Part shown: piece after piece, positions 35,899 through 50,000 of the stretch
Layout of the letters: each line of letters begins with the position of its first letter
Position numbering within the stretch: position 1 is the stretch's first letter
Source of the DNA: Psammoneis japonica
Taxonomy: Eukaryota
NCBI GenBank assembly: GCA_008632985.1
Contig: QPGO01000105.1
Span: forward strand, 62,001 to 126,000
Length of the DNA stretch: 64,000 nt
Direction: 5' to 3'
The notes under the pieces: generated by a model
Told to the model about the DNA's origin: nothing
What the model saw: only the letters and a program-made list of their open reading frames with translations
Database searches by the model: none
Position numbers and translations under genes: made by a program

Positions 35899-37113
35899 AT
35901 GTTGCGCTGCTTGTTCCTTGCTGCTACAATAGCGGCTTTATGTGAAGCCTTTGTTCCAAACCGTGGTGGGTTCACCACGAAAGCGACTAGAAAATCGTCC
36001 TTGTCTATGAGTGTTTCGACGCTGATCGTTCAAAACAAGGGTGGTGGCCACGGTGAATTGGGTAATTATTCCATCTCTGTAAAGTAGTCTTGTTGCTATT
36101 GGTCTTGAAAAGAAGTTGTCTGAAATCATTTTTTTGTTTTTGGTCCTCGTTTTTGGAAATATAGGTTACCAGCTGGCCAAAAATCTCGCCAACAATCCCG
36201 AGATTACATCGGTTACCATTCTCCAAGACGATGCGTGCAAAGACGATAGTGAACCATTCAAATCGTATGCCTCCGACTTACCCAGCGTCAAGGTTGTCAA
36301 AGCTCCGCTTGGAAGTGATGACATGAGTGTAGACCAACTGAATGGTCTACTTGGTGGTGAAACGTTTGATTTGGTGTGGGACAACTGTTCCAAGGGTCCC
36401 GTGGGTGCCGGCAAGGCCATTTGTGACGCGGCCAAGAATACCTGGGGCACCAAAGTGTTTACCTATGTCTCGAGTGCGGGTATCTATGTCCCCAACGACT
36501 CTACAACCTTCCCCATGCAAGAAGGCTCGACACCTATTAAAGACACCGCTGGACAAGCTCAGTTTGAAGCCTATGCCGTCGAGATTGGATTGCCACTTGT
36601 TTCCTTTCGGCCTCAATACATTTATGGACCAAAATCCAACAAGTACGATTACATTGATTGGTTTTTTGATCGCCTGACGCAAAATCAACCCCTACCTATT
36701 CCCGGTGATGGTAATCAAAAAGTGTCCCTCACAAACTCCGAGGATGTGGCGTCGCTCTTGGCCAGTGTCTTGAACAATCCACAGGCTGCCATTGAGCAGC
36801 GTATTTTCAATTGTGGCACGGACGACTTGATTAGTTATAATGACGTGGCCAAACTTTGTGCCGAAGCGGCAGGCATTGCCAATTATGAAATCCAACACTA
36901 TGATGCTGCACTGGGAAAAGCCAAGTTTCCCTTTCGCTTGACAGACTTTTATGTCGATCCACAAATGGCAAAGTCGAAACTTAACTGGGAGGGACCAAGT
37001 CACAATTTAAAGGACGATCTGAGTTGGTACTATGAGGGATACAAGGTTCGGAGTTTTGGTAAACAAGTTGATTTTGGTGCTGATCAAGAAGTGTTGGTGC
37101 AAGAACAAGAACC
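35899..37113 (+). CDS. CSP41a: Plastid-targeted CSP41a-like stem-loop RNA-binding protein (NAD-dependent epimerase/dehydratase fold); 3' end runs into the gap
   Basis: Leader MLRCLFLAATIAALCEAF-VP. Intron 36062-36164 joins LIVQNKGGGHGELG-YQLAK. Motifs YVSSAGIY, FRPQYIYGP, DWFFDR..PIPGDG, IFNC and FPFR..FY. Confidence 0.85.
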
Positions 37114-37898
37114 NNNNNNNNNNNNNNNNNNNNNNNNNNNNNNNNNNNNNNNNNNNNNNNNNNNNNNNNNNNNNNNNNNNNNNNNNNNNNNNNNNNNNNN
37201 NNNNNNNNNNNNNNNNNNNNNNNNNNNNNNNNNNNNNNNNNNNNNNNNNNNNNNNNNNNNNNNNNNNNNNNNNNNNNNNNNNNNNNNNNNNNNNNNNNNN
37301 NNNNNNNNNNNNNNNNNNNNNNNNNNNNNNNNNNNNNNNNNNNNNNNNNNNNNNNNNNNNNNNNNNNNNNNNNNNNNNNNNNNNNNNNNNNNNNNNNNNN
37401 NNNNNNNNNNNNNNNNNNNNNNNNNNNNNNNNNNNNNNNNNNNNNNNNNNNNNNNNNNNNNNNNNNNNNNNNNNNNNNNNNNNNNNNNNNNNNNNNNNNN
37501 NNNNNNNNNNNNNNNNNNNNNNNNNNNNNNNNNNNNNNNNNNNNNNNNNNNNNNNNNNNNNNNNNNNNNNNNNNNNNNNNNNNNNNNNNNNNNNNNNNNN
37601 NNNNNNNNNNNNNNNNNNNNNNNNNNNNNNNNNNNNNNNNNNNNNNNNNNNNNNNNNNNNNNNNNNNNNNNNNNNNNNNNNNNNNNNNNNNNNNNNNNNN
37701 NNNNNNNNNNNNNNNNNNNNNNNNNNNNNNNNNNNNNNNNNNNNNNNNNNNNNNNNNNNNNNNNNNNNNNNNNNNNNNNNNNNNNNNNNNNNNNNNNNNN
37801 NNNNNNNNNNNNNNNNNNNNNNNNNNNNNNNNNNNNNNNNNNNNNNNNNNNNNNNNNNNNNNNNNNNNNNNNNNNNNNNNNNNNNNNNNNNNNNNNNN
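37114..37898. other. Assembly gap (785 N)
   Basis: Run of N. Confidence 1.
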
Positions 37899-38010
37899 GA
37901 GCCGAAACGAAAATCGTTCGTCCTTCGTCATCATCGCTGGTAGCTTCTATCAGCAGCAAATTGGCAACACTCTCGCTAAGCACGAATCGAACCACGACAA
38001 GAAAGAGAGT

Positions 38011-39353
38011 ATGAAAATTACAGAATTGATTCGATCGAGTTTCAGGGATTTGAATGCCTCGGGTTACACTGAAGAAAGTATTTCTGAAATTGTATGCTTT
38101 TTGCAAGAAAGCATGTCGGTACCGGCACGAACCTATCACGTTATGGACCATGTGCTAGAAGTAGCAACGGGGCCGGGCAGACATGCCATTTCCCATTGGC
38201 CGGTCTCTTTCATGATGTTGTCTACATTACCGATGGTGCGGGAAGCAGCGCTTTGACTCGAGCTCAAGCAGCATTCCTCAAAGATGTAGCAACGAGCGAA
38301 GCAAGACCGTGTTGGAACAACAACAACAAGGCTTTTGATACAAAGGATGCAGAGTTGAGAACTCTCGTGATGAGTTTGTTTGGTTATAATGTCGATCAAC
38401 TGAAAAAAGACACACCACCGGCGGGTTGGAATGAATTCTTGTCGGCACTGATTGCTGCTCGAGTCTTGCGACCGTACCTGAGCACGGCACAAATTGCACA
38501 AATCGTAATATGCATCGAGGCAACCATTCCCTTTCGCCACGAGAAATAATGCAAGACTTGTACGAGCGACTCAAACAAGTTGTGGAGGACACGACGATAT
38601 CCAACTCCGCGATAAGGAGTGTGTGGAAACCATTCACATGGCTACGGCCGTGGCAAACGTCGATGTGGACAACTTTGCCTATTCCAACCCGGCACTCTTT
38701 CTCGACAAGACATGGGCGTTACTACCGGAAATGAATGCATGTTTGCGAAATCCAAACTATTCTTGCTGGGACTATCGAGAAGCGATTCGAAAAATGCATG
38801 GCTTTTTCTCTTTCTTTCTCAATCCTGAGCTTGTATTTCACGGCTTTCAGGGTCGCCACGCGGACGTGCTCAAGCAAGACACTGTCAAAGCCACGCGCAA
38901 TGTGGAAATTGCAAAGCGATATCTCACTGTCAAGCTGACGAGTGCCACTCTTTTGTGCGCCATGTCGGTGTTGGTACTGGAAATGTAGACTTGCCATTGA
39001 ATCAACTCGTTGGTCCCGATTGGTTGGCGCTAGCGCCACAATCAAGAGAACATCATTTCATGACGAGATTGATACTGACGTGTATGGTGTGTTATGCAAT
39101 GGTCGTGTTGCCAAGACGGAGTTTGATACAAGAGAATCTCCGCTGGCGGCGCTGCTGTTTGAAGCCTTGCAAGGAAGTAATGGCGTGCAAGAAGTTGTGA
39201 CGGATGAATCCTTCAAGGCAGTTCTTGTCGCGACATTTCAAGAGAAGGTGCACGAGGGGTCTTACACCGAGTACCAAGCCATGTTGTGGATTTGGTGATG
39301 AAACACATCTCCACACCGTCAAGGACGATTTGATACGATCCATGAGAGAGTAG
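38011..39353 (+). CDS. Hypothetical HD-domain-like protein (several frameshifts, probably sequence errors)
   Basis: RTYHVMDHV, LAGLFHDVVY, GWNEFLSA, IEATIPFR and NVDVDNFA..FLDKTWALLPE occur in successive overlapping frames. Confidence 0.6.
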
Positions 39354-39610
39354 GTTGTAGCGGTTCATTCTTGGGGGAAACTATTGTAATAGAGATGGGA
39401 GTAAGACTAATTTGCCATCCATCATCTTATAGCACTTTAACATGGTTCTTGTCCTGTAGCTAGGGCTGAATGTCAACAACCACTAAAATATGTTGTCAAA
39501 TGCATACGAACGAAGCAAGTTTAATGAGCAATCAGAATTCTAAGTAAAATTCAATATTCTTGTTGCCTTAGCTCCTTCAAAAGTGCTAATCAGAAATGTT
39601 CCGAGCAGTT

Positions 39611-41535
39611 CTATACTTTTTGTTGTTGTTTCAATTCCTTCAATATCCCTTGACATCTAGCGGTTGAATTGCAAGATTGGCCAAGAAGCTAATGCTCATG
39701 AGACCGGCTGCGACGTAGCATGTCGAGTCATAAAGAAACGGGGTAGGATCAATAGTGTCGGGTGGAACCAATTCCATGAGTCGTTTAATCTATAAATAGA
39801 AAAAGAATGAAAACAGTTAGAACGCGGTACCAATCGAAAGCTCGAAGACACTCACAAACAAACGTTCATACTGTTATTGTCTTGGCTTGTACCAAGGTTT
39901 CAATCGTTTCTGTATCATCCAACTACACCCAAAAGCCTCTTGAAACGCGTCCTTATCTTGTACTTTTGTCAACAAGTCGTCGGTCGCATGCTGCACGGAT
40001 TGAGATCTCAGGTAGGCCAATCCCATGGGCCCGGCTACCGCACTTGATGCCCACGCCGTCAGTGCTTTGCCGTGGATGGCTCCGGCATGTTTTTGCCCAA
40101 ACAAGTCGGCAATGTAGGCGGGCAAGACGGAAAAGATACCACCATACCATGTAATGGCCAAAACAGATCCACCATAGAAAAGTGCCAACAACGGAACGGC
40201 ATTGTCCGAGTGCACAGCCAAATGACAAAGAGACGGCGCCAGTCCCACCATGGGAATGCCCAAACCAAAAATTGCATAGGTATTTTTTCGTCCAATGCTA
40301 TCCGACAGGGCACTCCAACCAAACCGACCCACCGCCATGCCAATACCAAGTGCACTGACATATCCCGTGGAAAAGGAGGCCGTGACAATCTCGGGTGACA
40401 CAACGCCAGCCCAAATATCCGTCAGCATGAGTTTGGACGAACTCAGCAACGCCAAACCGCCCGTGGCATTGCCAAACACAACCAGCCACAGCAGTGGAAA
40501 TTGGCGTGTCGAGTATGTGACATAGTCAACGGGTAAGCCAATGTTGAAGTTTTCATCTGAGTCGTCGATTTCATTTCAGAATTGCTCATCCTTTTTTTGG
40601 GTTTCCAATCGGGATGCGGCATTAGCATGAATCGACTTCCCAACAATCCCAAAGCTCCGTACAGTACGCCCAAGGTGCCCAGTGCCTTGGACGTACCCGT
40701 GTCTCCGTTCCTATGCATATACACCAGGACCTGTTGTAATGTGTGGTAATTTAGCAATATCCGACTCGGTCGCCACGACAATGGCTTGCCGTGCCGGCAT
40801 CTCCAAACATGTCAGAATTATTCGAGGCAATGATTTGCGATCCGTCCGACAAGGTTTCCAATTCAACTTGTGCTACTGTACCCATAAAATCAGGAGCCAC
40901 GGCAAAAAAGTCTTGTAGGGCATGAATAATGCTTGGAGCCACGGCGGCACCGGCACCAAAGGCACTCATGGCAATCCCCGTGGCTAAACCACGTCGGTCG
41001 GGAAACCACTTTAATACTGTCGAAACCGGAGCCATGTACATTAAACCCCATCCAATACCACCGAACAAACCATATCCCAAATATACCAATGGCAACGAAT
41101 GTGTCTCAACTCCACGCCGTCATACACAGCGCCGACGCCCAAAAGAGGATCCCACCATGCCGGCTTGCGTGGTCCACGTGTTCTACCCATGAACCAAATG
41201 TACCGGTGGTAATTCCCAAAACGACGGCAGCCGTACTAAACACGGGCAATACTTGGGAGTGTGTCCAATCCTTGGGTGCACTCGTAACAACCCCAATGTT
41301 TGTACCATGCCGGGTGTCCACATGCTGTACACATAGACACTTCCAATGGACAAGTGTACCGCATTGCCGGTGGAACGGCTTTCCATCGTTGGAGGAATCG
41401 TAGTCGATTGGGAGCCGTCGATGATTCTTTGGAAAAGTTGTTTGTAGAAAAGGCAGCAACTTGTTGGAAACGTGGTGGAAAAAACCAACACCGTCGTCGT
41501 ACTACTACTGTACGACGCAACAAAAACAACGTCAT
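39611..41535 (-). CDS. MFS transporter, oxalate/formate antiporter (OFA/YhjX-like) family; frameshifted in the assembly
   Basis: YGLFGGIGWGLMYMAPVSTVLKWFPDRRGLATG, GRFGWSALSDSIGRKNTY and YGGIFSVLPAYIADLFGQKHAGAIHG. Intron near 39790-39870; start position uncertain. Confidence 0.85.
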
Positions 41536-41819
41536 GGTGAAAAATGTCACCACACGCACGACATGAAGTGAGAAAAAGTGAGACGGAATTTTTATAAGTT
41601 ATTCACTTCTGATCATTTGGAATGTTCATGTTGAAGTTCGGGGTTTTCATTGTATCTTGAAAGGGAGCATGTGCTTCTGTTTTTCCCGTTTTTGCTAGTT
41701 GCTACGTTCCAAATTCCAGATTCCCAAATCTTTTGATTCGCGGGTCGAAGAAACTCCCTCCAACACCAAAAAACACACGAACGCAACCGCACAAAAAATA
41801 CACACAACACACAGCATCA

Positions 41820-44800
41820 ATGAATTACCTTTGTTGTTCTTGTGCTGATTCAGGTAGTCGTCCATCTTCACCTTCACCACCAACCACCATGACATCCAGC
41901 AACAAGGAAGATGAATTGGAATCGATTGAACGTGAATTGTCTCAAGTCGAACGTGGATTGCAAGATGACACACCTCCTGCGGGTCGTGCCGCGTTTAATT
42001 CCATTCAGTCGGCTTTGGGAGAAGTTCGTTCTCATTTACAACGTATCCCTTCGAATTCGACAAGAGGACGTGAATTATCCCAACGACTGTCGACAGCGGA
42101 ATTGGCACATTCATCACGCATGCCATTAAATATGCTTCATGACGAATCATCGGTACAAGAACGACGTCAGAGTACGCGTGAACGATTACTCAATTCGTTT
42201 CGTCGTAATAAAACAATTACAAAAGATGATGAACAAGAAGAAGAAGAACACGTTCATGCTTCAACTCCAGCGACACATCGTCGTCGATCGAGTATGCTCT
42301 TGGCAAGTCGTCATCGTGCTAGTCAAACACAAGGCTTTCAACTCGAAGATGCAAATGGCAATACGAGCAATGCCATGTTGTTATCACCCGTCAGTGAAGA
42401 AAAAGAATTACAGTCCTCCCGTAAAAAGCAGGAGGATGACGATGAGAAAATGCCATCTTTTCAACAAGTTGTCGAACCACAAATGCTCTTGTCGAAACAC
42501 CAAGAGCGTTTTTTATCGTCATCCAGTTCCTTATCGGGATCATTACGAGAAACAACATCCAGTGATTCCATTGTCTATTCGTGGGGCGGTCCTGGTGTAG
42601 CGAGTCTCCATGATGACGATACGGAGCACAAGGATGCCATGGCTGCTCAAGTTTCCAAGGATTCCAGAATTGGCCGTCCCGGTGCACCCGCTGTCTTGTC
42701 GGTTGCCACATCTTCGAACCATACGGCTTGTGCCACGGCACGGGGACAAGTCTATACATGTGGCATTAATATCGATGGAGCCGTCAATCCCTCCACCAAA
42801 ACAAATCAATCACCAAGACCAACCTTATTGGAATCCTTGGGACAAACGACACGTATCGTTCAAGTCAGTTGTGGTTTCAACCATACCGCGGCGCTATCGG
42901 AGAATGGATCCGTTTTGACATGGGGTGGTAATCAACACGGTCAACTCGGTCATTATCGTCGTGCATCGGAAGAAACTCTTAATACATCCTTTTGTTCGCC
43001 AAAGGGTATGTTGTTGGGTGGTGGTGGTAAACGTGCTGCAGCCGTGGCGTGTGGAGACGGATTTACATTGGTATTAACGACACGCATGTCTGTCTTGGCG
43101 TGCGGCATTCCCGAATTGCCGGATACTCTGCTACAGAAAGTGAGAATATGCCACGATCCATTCCCTCCGTGGAGGGATTGCCCATTTGTAGTATTGCAGC
43201 AGGCAATCATCATGCCGTTGTCACGACGGTTCATGGGAGTGCCTTTGCGTGGGGCAAGAACCGCCATGGTTGTTGTGGACGACCTCATCCTGAAACCATT
43301 TCCTTGCCGTACCCATTCACATGCCAACATCAAGTAGTGACACTACTCCAAATAAGAAAAATATACAAGAGGAACCCTTTGCCAATTGGCGCAAATGGGA
43401 CGATCAAGCCATTTCATTAAAAATGACGTTGCCATTGTCCATGCGGCATGTGGTGACGAACATACCGTCTTGGTGACACGGTCGGGACGGTTATTGTGTT
43501 GTGGAAGCAATGAACGTGGACAATTGTCTGCAGTTATTGTTTCCAAACTTGATATGATGATGAATCGAATGCCATTATTACAAGCGTCCAACCCATTGAC
43601 CATCCTACGGAGGTTGTAAATTTGTCACGGCCGAAGCGGGAGACAACCATACGCTCTTGTTGGATAATGTCGGAGATGTGTGGTTATTGGAGGAGAAGAA
43701 CAAAAAGGATTGGAACGGGTCATTCAGGTCAAAATGTTTTGGCGATTGCGGCTGGTGGCAAGGCGAGTATTGCCGTGGCCAATAATGCCACACGGGGAAA
43801 AGCACTCCGTCGGCAGTTTTCCGTCACGCTGGAACCCTTGGCCGTGTTGGATGAGAGTCACACGGCCGAAAGCATGGAGGCCTTGTTGGAAACCGTGGCG
43901 GACGATGAAGCAAATAGCGACTTGAGTCCCGCCGGCAAGGAACTGGCGAGTCGAACACAAGAACTCTTGAGTAATCCTGCCAGTCTCAATAGTCTCTTTT
44001 TGAATCCGGCCGAACTCGATCACTTGTATGAAAAGCTAATGTCCACGGGCAATTCGAATTTTCAACAAGCCATTGCCAAGGCTATCGAAACTGGAATCAA
44101 AGAGGGCTTGGAGAAACTCCGGCCAGACAAGGCGCGCATGATGTATCCCGAGACGGTACGGTGCCTCTTGTCGTACATTAAGTTTTTCGATCGAAAAATC
44201 GAATCCAACAGTGATATTGTCTTTGATCGCTTGGGTGATTGTATTTCGGATCTCTGTGAAACCATGTTGAGTTTGCCGTTTGAAGGGTACACGGCGTTGC
44301 TGACGTGGGCCACGTCTGTTTGTTATCCTCGAGAGTTATTTGTCAAAATGCTCGTTCGTCCTCTTGTGGTGCAACTCGATGCCGCGCTCTTGATTGAGGT
44401 GGATGAGAATGGAGTTCAGCACAAGCACCTGTCGCGTCGTGCCATTCCCGTGATTGTGGCCGTGTTGCGTTGGTTCCATTCCGCGTCGGAACGAATTTCC
44501 GGGGTTGCCTTGCCACAAGACTTTTACAGTTCCGGCGTTAGTGAGATTCCAATGGAAGCTCTCTACGACGATTTGGCGCGTTACAAAAAGGCCACCAAGA
44601 ATCAACGCTCGACTCATTTCTTTCTCTGTGCCAGTCCATTCTTAATGACACCAGGGACCAAGCGTGATTGCTGCAGACGGAGAATCAGATTGAAATGTTC
44701 AAAATCATGACGCAAAACATGACCTTTAACGAGGAAGAAGGAGCTTATACGGTTGACCCCTTTTATGTTTGGAGATTGAACGAGATCATCTCTTGCACCA

Positions 44801-45807
44801 AACGCTGGAAAAGATCAAGGTGGCCAAGCCGTCCGAGCTTCGCAAAAAGCTTCGTGTGTCCTTCAAGGGAGAGGAAGGCGTCGATGCCGGTGGAGTTACC
44901 AAGGAATTCTTCCAACTCTTGAGTGAGGCGCTTTTTGATGTCAGTTCAGGTCTTTGGACGAGCCGGTTTGGTTCAGATATTACTTGGTTCAACTCGGATT
45001 GCACGTGGGATCTAGAAAGCTACGACTGACGGGTGTCTTGGTGGGACTAGCGCTGTACAATGGCGTCCTGGTGGATGTGCACTTTCCGGAGCCGTGTATC
45101 GCAAGTTACTGGGTCTGCCGCTTGGTTTAGAGGATTTGGTAGATGAAGAATTAAAGAAGGGCTTGCAACAGCTATTGGACTTTGAAGGCGAAGACGTGGA
45201 GTACATTTTCTGCATGAATTTCGAAGTGACGTGGTCCAATCTCGGCCAAGAGCAAAAGTTTGAGCTGAAACCTGGAGGTGCGGAGATTCCCGTCACCAAT
45301 GACAATCGAGAGGAGTACGTTATGTTGTATGTCAAGTGGCTCTTGGTGGACAGCATTCAACCGCAATGGGACGCGTTTGAAAAGGGACTTCACCGTGTCA
45401 TGGAGGGGTCAAGTCTTAACTTGTTTCGTCCCGAAGAGCTTGAGTTGCTTGTGGTCGGCACACCTGAACTCGATTTTGATGCGCTCCAAGCCAATACCGA
45501 GTACGAGGGAGGTTACGACAAGGACTCGCCGGTGGTTGTGAATTTCTGGCGCTTTGTCAAGGAGTCGCCGCTGGAAAGTCAAATCCAATTCCTCAAGTTT
45601 GCGACTGGAAGTAGTCAAGCACCCATTGGCGGCCTTGGCGAACTACACTTCAAAATCCAACGCGCGGGTCCTGACTCACCGCAGCTGCCCACCTCTCACA
45701 CGTGCTTCAATACGTTACTGCTTCCTGACTATGGCGACAACAGGGAGAAACTCGAGCGCCTACTGGGAAGAGCGATATTGGAATGCGAAGGATTTGGTTT
45801 AGAGTAG
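41820..45807 (+). CDS. RCC1-repeat plus HECT E3 ubiquitin ligase (HERC-like); frameshifted in the assembly
   Basis: RCC1 repeats (VSCGFNHTAALSENGSVLTWGGNQHGQLG, AACGDEHT) and a HECT domain (LRVSFKGEEGVDAGGVTKEFF, FRPEELELLVVG, LPTSHTCFNTLLLPDY, GFGLE*). Confidence 0.92.
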
Positions 45808-46011
45808 GAGCGTTACTACATAGGACTATCTCAAGAAAATAGATACCCTGTAGTTGTCGACTCGTTGTTGCATAAGTGAAGAGAAGGAGCAAAGTGGCAC
45901 GGGAAAAGCCACAGCCGACACAATAGGTCCGCCCCGGACCAAGGGAATAGCATTACTCAATTCGCACAAACCCATCGCCGTCATCCAGTATTCCCACCAC
46001 CCAACAGCATC

Positions 46012-48689
46012 CTAATTCTTTTTGCGACGACCGGCTCGTAGTCCATTGGTCATCTTGGCATGCGGCTTTTTCGGGCTACTGTCGGAGTCCACGCCGGAGG
46101 AATCCTCATACCGTTTGGGAGGTTGTACGTGCCTGTACGACGACGACCTTTTCTTGGCGGCTTTCGCTCTACTACTACTCGTCGACTTCTTAGCGACAGG
46201 TGGAGACGTATCGAATCTCATCACTGCTCTCCTTGGCGGCGGCACGGGATGCTCTGGCATGTCTTTTGGGTGGCAGACCTTTCTTGGAAGACTTTGTCGT
46301 CTTGGAAGCATTTTTCGCTTTGGCCGGTGGAGAGTTCGTACTCGACTCGTCATTGTCGGTTTTCGCTTTCCCTTTAGCACCTCGTTTCGGAGGCGGAGCT
46401 TTCTTGGGTGATGACTTTTTCTTACTAGCGGTAGACTTTGCTTCTTGGCGGGTGGGGACGACGCACTCGACTCGTCGTCGTCACTGCTATCCTTAGTTGG
46501 CTTTTTCGCTTTGCCTTTGGCAACTCGTTTCGGAGGCGGGGCTTTCTTGGACGACGACTTCTTCTTTGGAGCGGAAGGTTTCGCTTTCTTGGCGGGTGGT
46601 GACGACGCACTTGACTCGTCATCTTCACTGCTCTCCTTTTTCGCTTTTCCTCTTGACTTTTTGGAAGAGGATGCCTTTCTCTTGGTAGTCTTGACTGCTG
46701 GAGGAGAACTCGACGACTCGTCGTTGTTGTCACTACTACTGCCACTGTCCGATTCATCATTGGTTTCATTTGTTTCTTCTTCGGACGATTCCGCCATACT
46801 CGATTCATTGCTCTTGGTTGTTGCTTTCGTCGATTGAAGGAATTCATCGTGTTGCTCGTCCCAAATGCCTTGGCTGCATCGTCGTCATTCATCCAACCAA
46901 ACATGGAATCATTCAATCGATGATAATCCACCTTACGACGATTGCGCTTACCCTCGATAATGTTGGACTCGTCCAGTGTCCCAATATCCACTTGACGAGA
47001 AGATGCCGAGGAGGAGGAAGCGTCATTTGAGTCGTTGGCTCTAGCACGACTGGAGCGCGTCCTGCGTCGACGACTGTCGTCCTGGTCGTCGTCCTTGGAT
47101 GACGCGTCCTCCTCTTCTGATCCAACCGATAAGGCATCCAATTCGGTTCGATCAATTTCATATTCCACACTCGACATGTCTTGCAAGGTAGCATTGGTCG
47201 AAACGCTACTATCGTCAGTGTTGTCGCGCTTCTTCTCCGTTTCAAAATGCTTCAAATCAAAGTCGTCATCATCGTCATCGTCCTCCGACTCGTCCATATT
47301 CGAATTATTATCATCGGTCGTTTGTTCATGATTGTCAATTCCCAATACAGACGATACGAGTGCATCCGTTTCAGCATTGTGTTTACCACTCTTGTACAAT
47401 TGTGCAATTTCCAAATGATGCTGAGCCTTGGGAAAGACATCTGAAACTTTTTGCCATGATTGAACCGACAATGCATCATCCTCGTCCATTGCTTCACCAT
47501 GCCGCGAATGATGATATTCCGTTTCGACATAATGCAACATGTCAGCCAAGGCTTGACAGAGGGACAAAACCAATCATCGTCTTCTTCTGCATCTTCAGAG
47601 ATACGCGAGGGACGACACAGTCTTGATGGTAGGCACGAAAACATCCGCATCCATCGCACAACAACAAGTCATTTTCGTCGGTCGCATCTCCACGAAAGCA
47701 AACACAACAACGCAAATCATCCAATGAAATCAAATCATCGTCATCGTCGTCATCCTCTTGTTGAGTAGTAGCTGTAGCTGTAGTGCTTGACTTGTTGCGC
47801 GTCACTACTACCTCAGACGGAAGAGACGTAGTATTGCTACTGTCCTTTTCCGCATTCTCGTCATGTTGTTGTTGCTGCTCGAGTCGCGGAATAGTTCGTA
47901 CAGCATGATGTGTCCCGTAGGGAAAACACTTGGTCAGTAGCGCTTGTCTCGTTTCTTGTGAAAAAGCTTCTTGTTGAATCCACTCCATCAATACCACAGT
48001 ATTGTGTTGCTCTCGTCCTCGAGAATACCTTGAAGAGATTCAAATTGCATTCGTAGTTTGCTCTGTGCACTGTACAGTTTGACAAGACTTTGAGACAATT
48101 CTTGAGAACCGTGATGTAAAAATTGTCGTGCACGATGCGTCGATGTGTAGGCATTGAGCGTAAATTGCGAATGACGAACATGCTGCAGCTGTTGTTGAAT
48201 GACGTTTTTGAATTTGGTAGATAATTCCTTCTTCCAAAGAGTGGCCTTTTCATGACGTGTCGTGTATTCAAACTGCAATTGCAAATCGTCTAAAGTATTG
48301 TTGTTGTTGTTTTCAGGCGGAGGCGACGGAAACAACGCTTGATACGGATTCTTCTTTTTGTTGTTTTTCTTCTTTTTGTAGTCGGATGATTGCGTACAAA
48401 TCAAACAATACCAATCACCACGGGGAATGGCCAAGAGAGGAACAAAATGACACTTTTGATGATAGGGACGATCGCATCCGTCACAAAACACGATATTGTT
48501 GCATTCATCGTACAGCTTGGTGGGGAGGAGCAGCGGGAGATCCTCATTTTTTGAGTCTGACGAAGAATCAATAAAAAACGCTTCACGATCCGCATAATCG
48601 ACAGAGCAATTACATACACAACATGCGACAATTTCTTCTTCTTCTTCTTCACTATCACTGCTAGTAGTAGTTGCGGTGTTGCGTGACAT
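46012..48689 (-). CDS. Double PHD-finger chromatin protein with a HAT3.1/PRH-like motif and K/S-rich tail; frameshifted in the assembly
   Basis: PHD1 is CCVC..FCDGCDRPYHQKC..WYCLIC and PHD2 is CCVC..LLCDG..YHQDC..WFCP. Motif KRNRRKVDYHRLNDSMFG. C-terminal end uncertain. Confidence 0.8.
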
Positions 48690-48889
48690 GGTCAATGTGC
48701 TGTTTGTGTGTGGTCATTGGCTCTCGTCGTTGTGCGTTGTGCGGCGTCGTGTTGCTTGGCGGCAGATTGCTGCTCGGTACAAAAGAAGCGTAGAAATCTA
48801 CGAGGCGAGGTGAGTGAAGTAAAACAGACAGAAACCAAGAGATGAGCAAAACGCATACCTTATAACGGACAAACTAACAATTACAAATG

Positions 48890-50000
48890 TTCCAACAGCA
48901 AGGCGGGCCCTGCACACGTTCACCCTTGCAATCCTGTCCCTTCTCTCTCTGCTTACAAGCCTCCCTCTTCACTCCCTTGCTTGCTCCTCCTCACCCCAGC
49001 AATGCTTGGCCCCAGCAGATCAATTCTGCCTCATGCTGCAGCACAAGCTGCGCCTCCCTGTCTCACCCTGCAACCTGGCTGAGCTCCACATGATTTTGAC
49101 TTTCTGGCAACAGCACTGCCGACTCCTGCCGTGATCACACTTTCAGCTGCTGGTCCCTTGGACACAAAACTGCCTTGTCCAAATGCCCTCTGAGATGGCC
49201 TCTTCACCACATTTCAAACACTGGCTCCCCTCTCTGGCATCTGCACACTGACTCTTCTGCGCCGTCATCCACCACAAACATGCCACCCTCTCGTGCCTCA
49301 CTCACCCCTCAAACACCCCACTGATGCAGACATTCAGCTCAACCCAGCAATGTTGCCATCCACAAACCTCCTCCACTTCACTGCTGCTGGCTTGGTGCCT
49401 GCCCCCACTTTCAACCCTTGTGTGCCAAGGCGCGCCACATGAGCACCAAGCAGAAGTTAGTGGAGCACACAAAGCTCAACATGAAGCAAACCTCACTTCC
49501 ACCCCAGATGATGCCGGCATCCACCTTGTTCCCTTTGCCGCTGACCACTTGGTGGGAGCTCCTTTGTGCTCACCCCGTCTCCGTTTTGCTCAGAGCCGAC
49601 CAAGAACCCCTTGCCCCTGCTCCACCCACCCCTCCTTGGACACCACTGAATCCTCCTTTCAACAACATCCAGCTGCCCATGCCACACATGCCTGCACCCA
49701 ACTGTTGCCATCTGCCATCCTCCTGGCTGCCACCGCCACCTGGAAAAATGCCTGTGTGCTGGTGCACGCTTTGGCAACTTGCTTGGCCCATCATCCCTTG
49801 TGCCTCTGCTGCTCCTTCACAATGGGGCCTTCAATCCTCAGCTTTGTGATTGCCAAGTCTGTTGCTGACCAACTCTCCCACCACTCCACCATGTTGCAAC
49901 CCAAACTTGCTCACCCCACCCTTGGACCCATCCTTTTCTCCACCTGCATGACTCACAGTCAGCTCCACCCATGCTCCATGTCTGTCCCTTCCCCCGGCGC
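48890..50000 (+). mobile_element. 3' remnant of a non-LTR retrotransposon with restriction-like endonuclease (CRE-like)
   Basis: HKLRLPV, DS(C)RDHTFSC..KTALS (resembles the DxxGDHxFxC zinc knuckle), PTDADI and LVPFAADHL.G occur in the order expected at the C-terminus of RLE-type LINEs; heavily decayed. Confidence 0.5.

Noticed and set aside
36116..38151. Long ORFs spanning 36-38 kb
   Set aside because: Artefacts of translating through the N gap.
38011..48689. Programmed frameshifting or mass pseudogenisation in four consecutive genes
   Set aside because: Several shifts look like single-base losses in short homopolymers (e.g. gtgattgctg, tatgtttggag, tacgactgacg), and catalytic motifs are intact. 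Assembly error in this contig is more likely; needs read confirmation.
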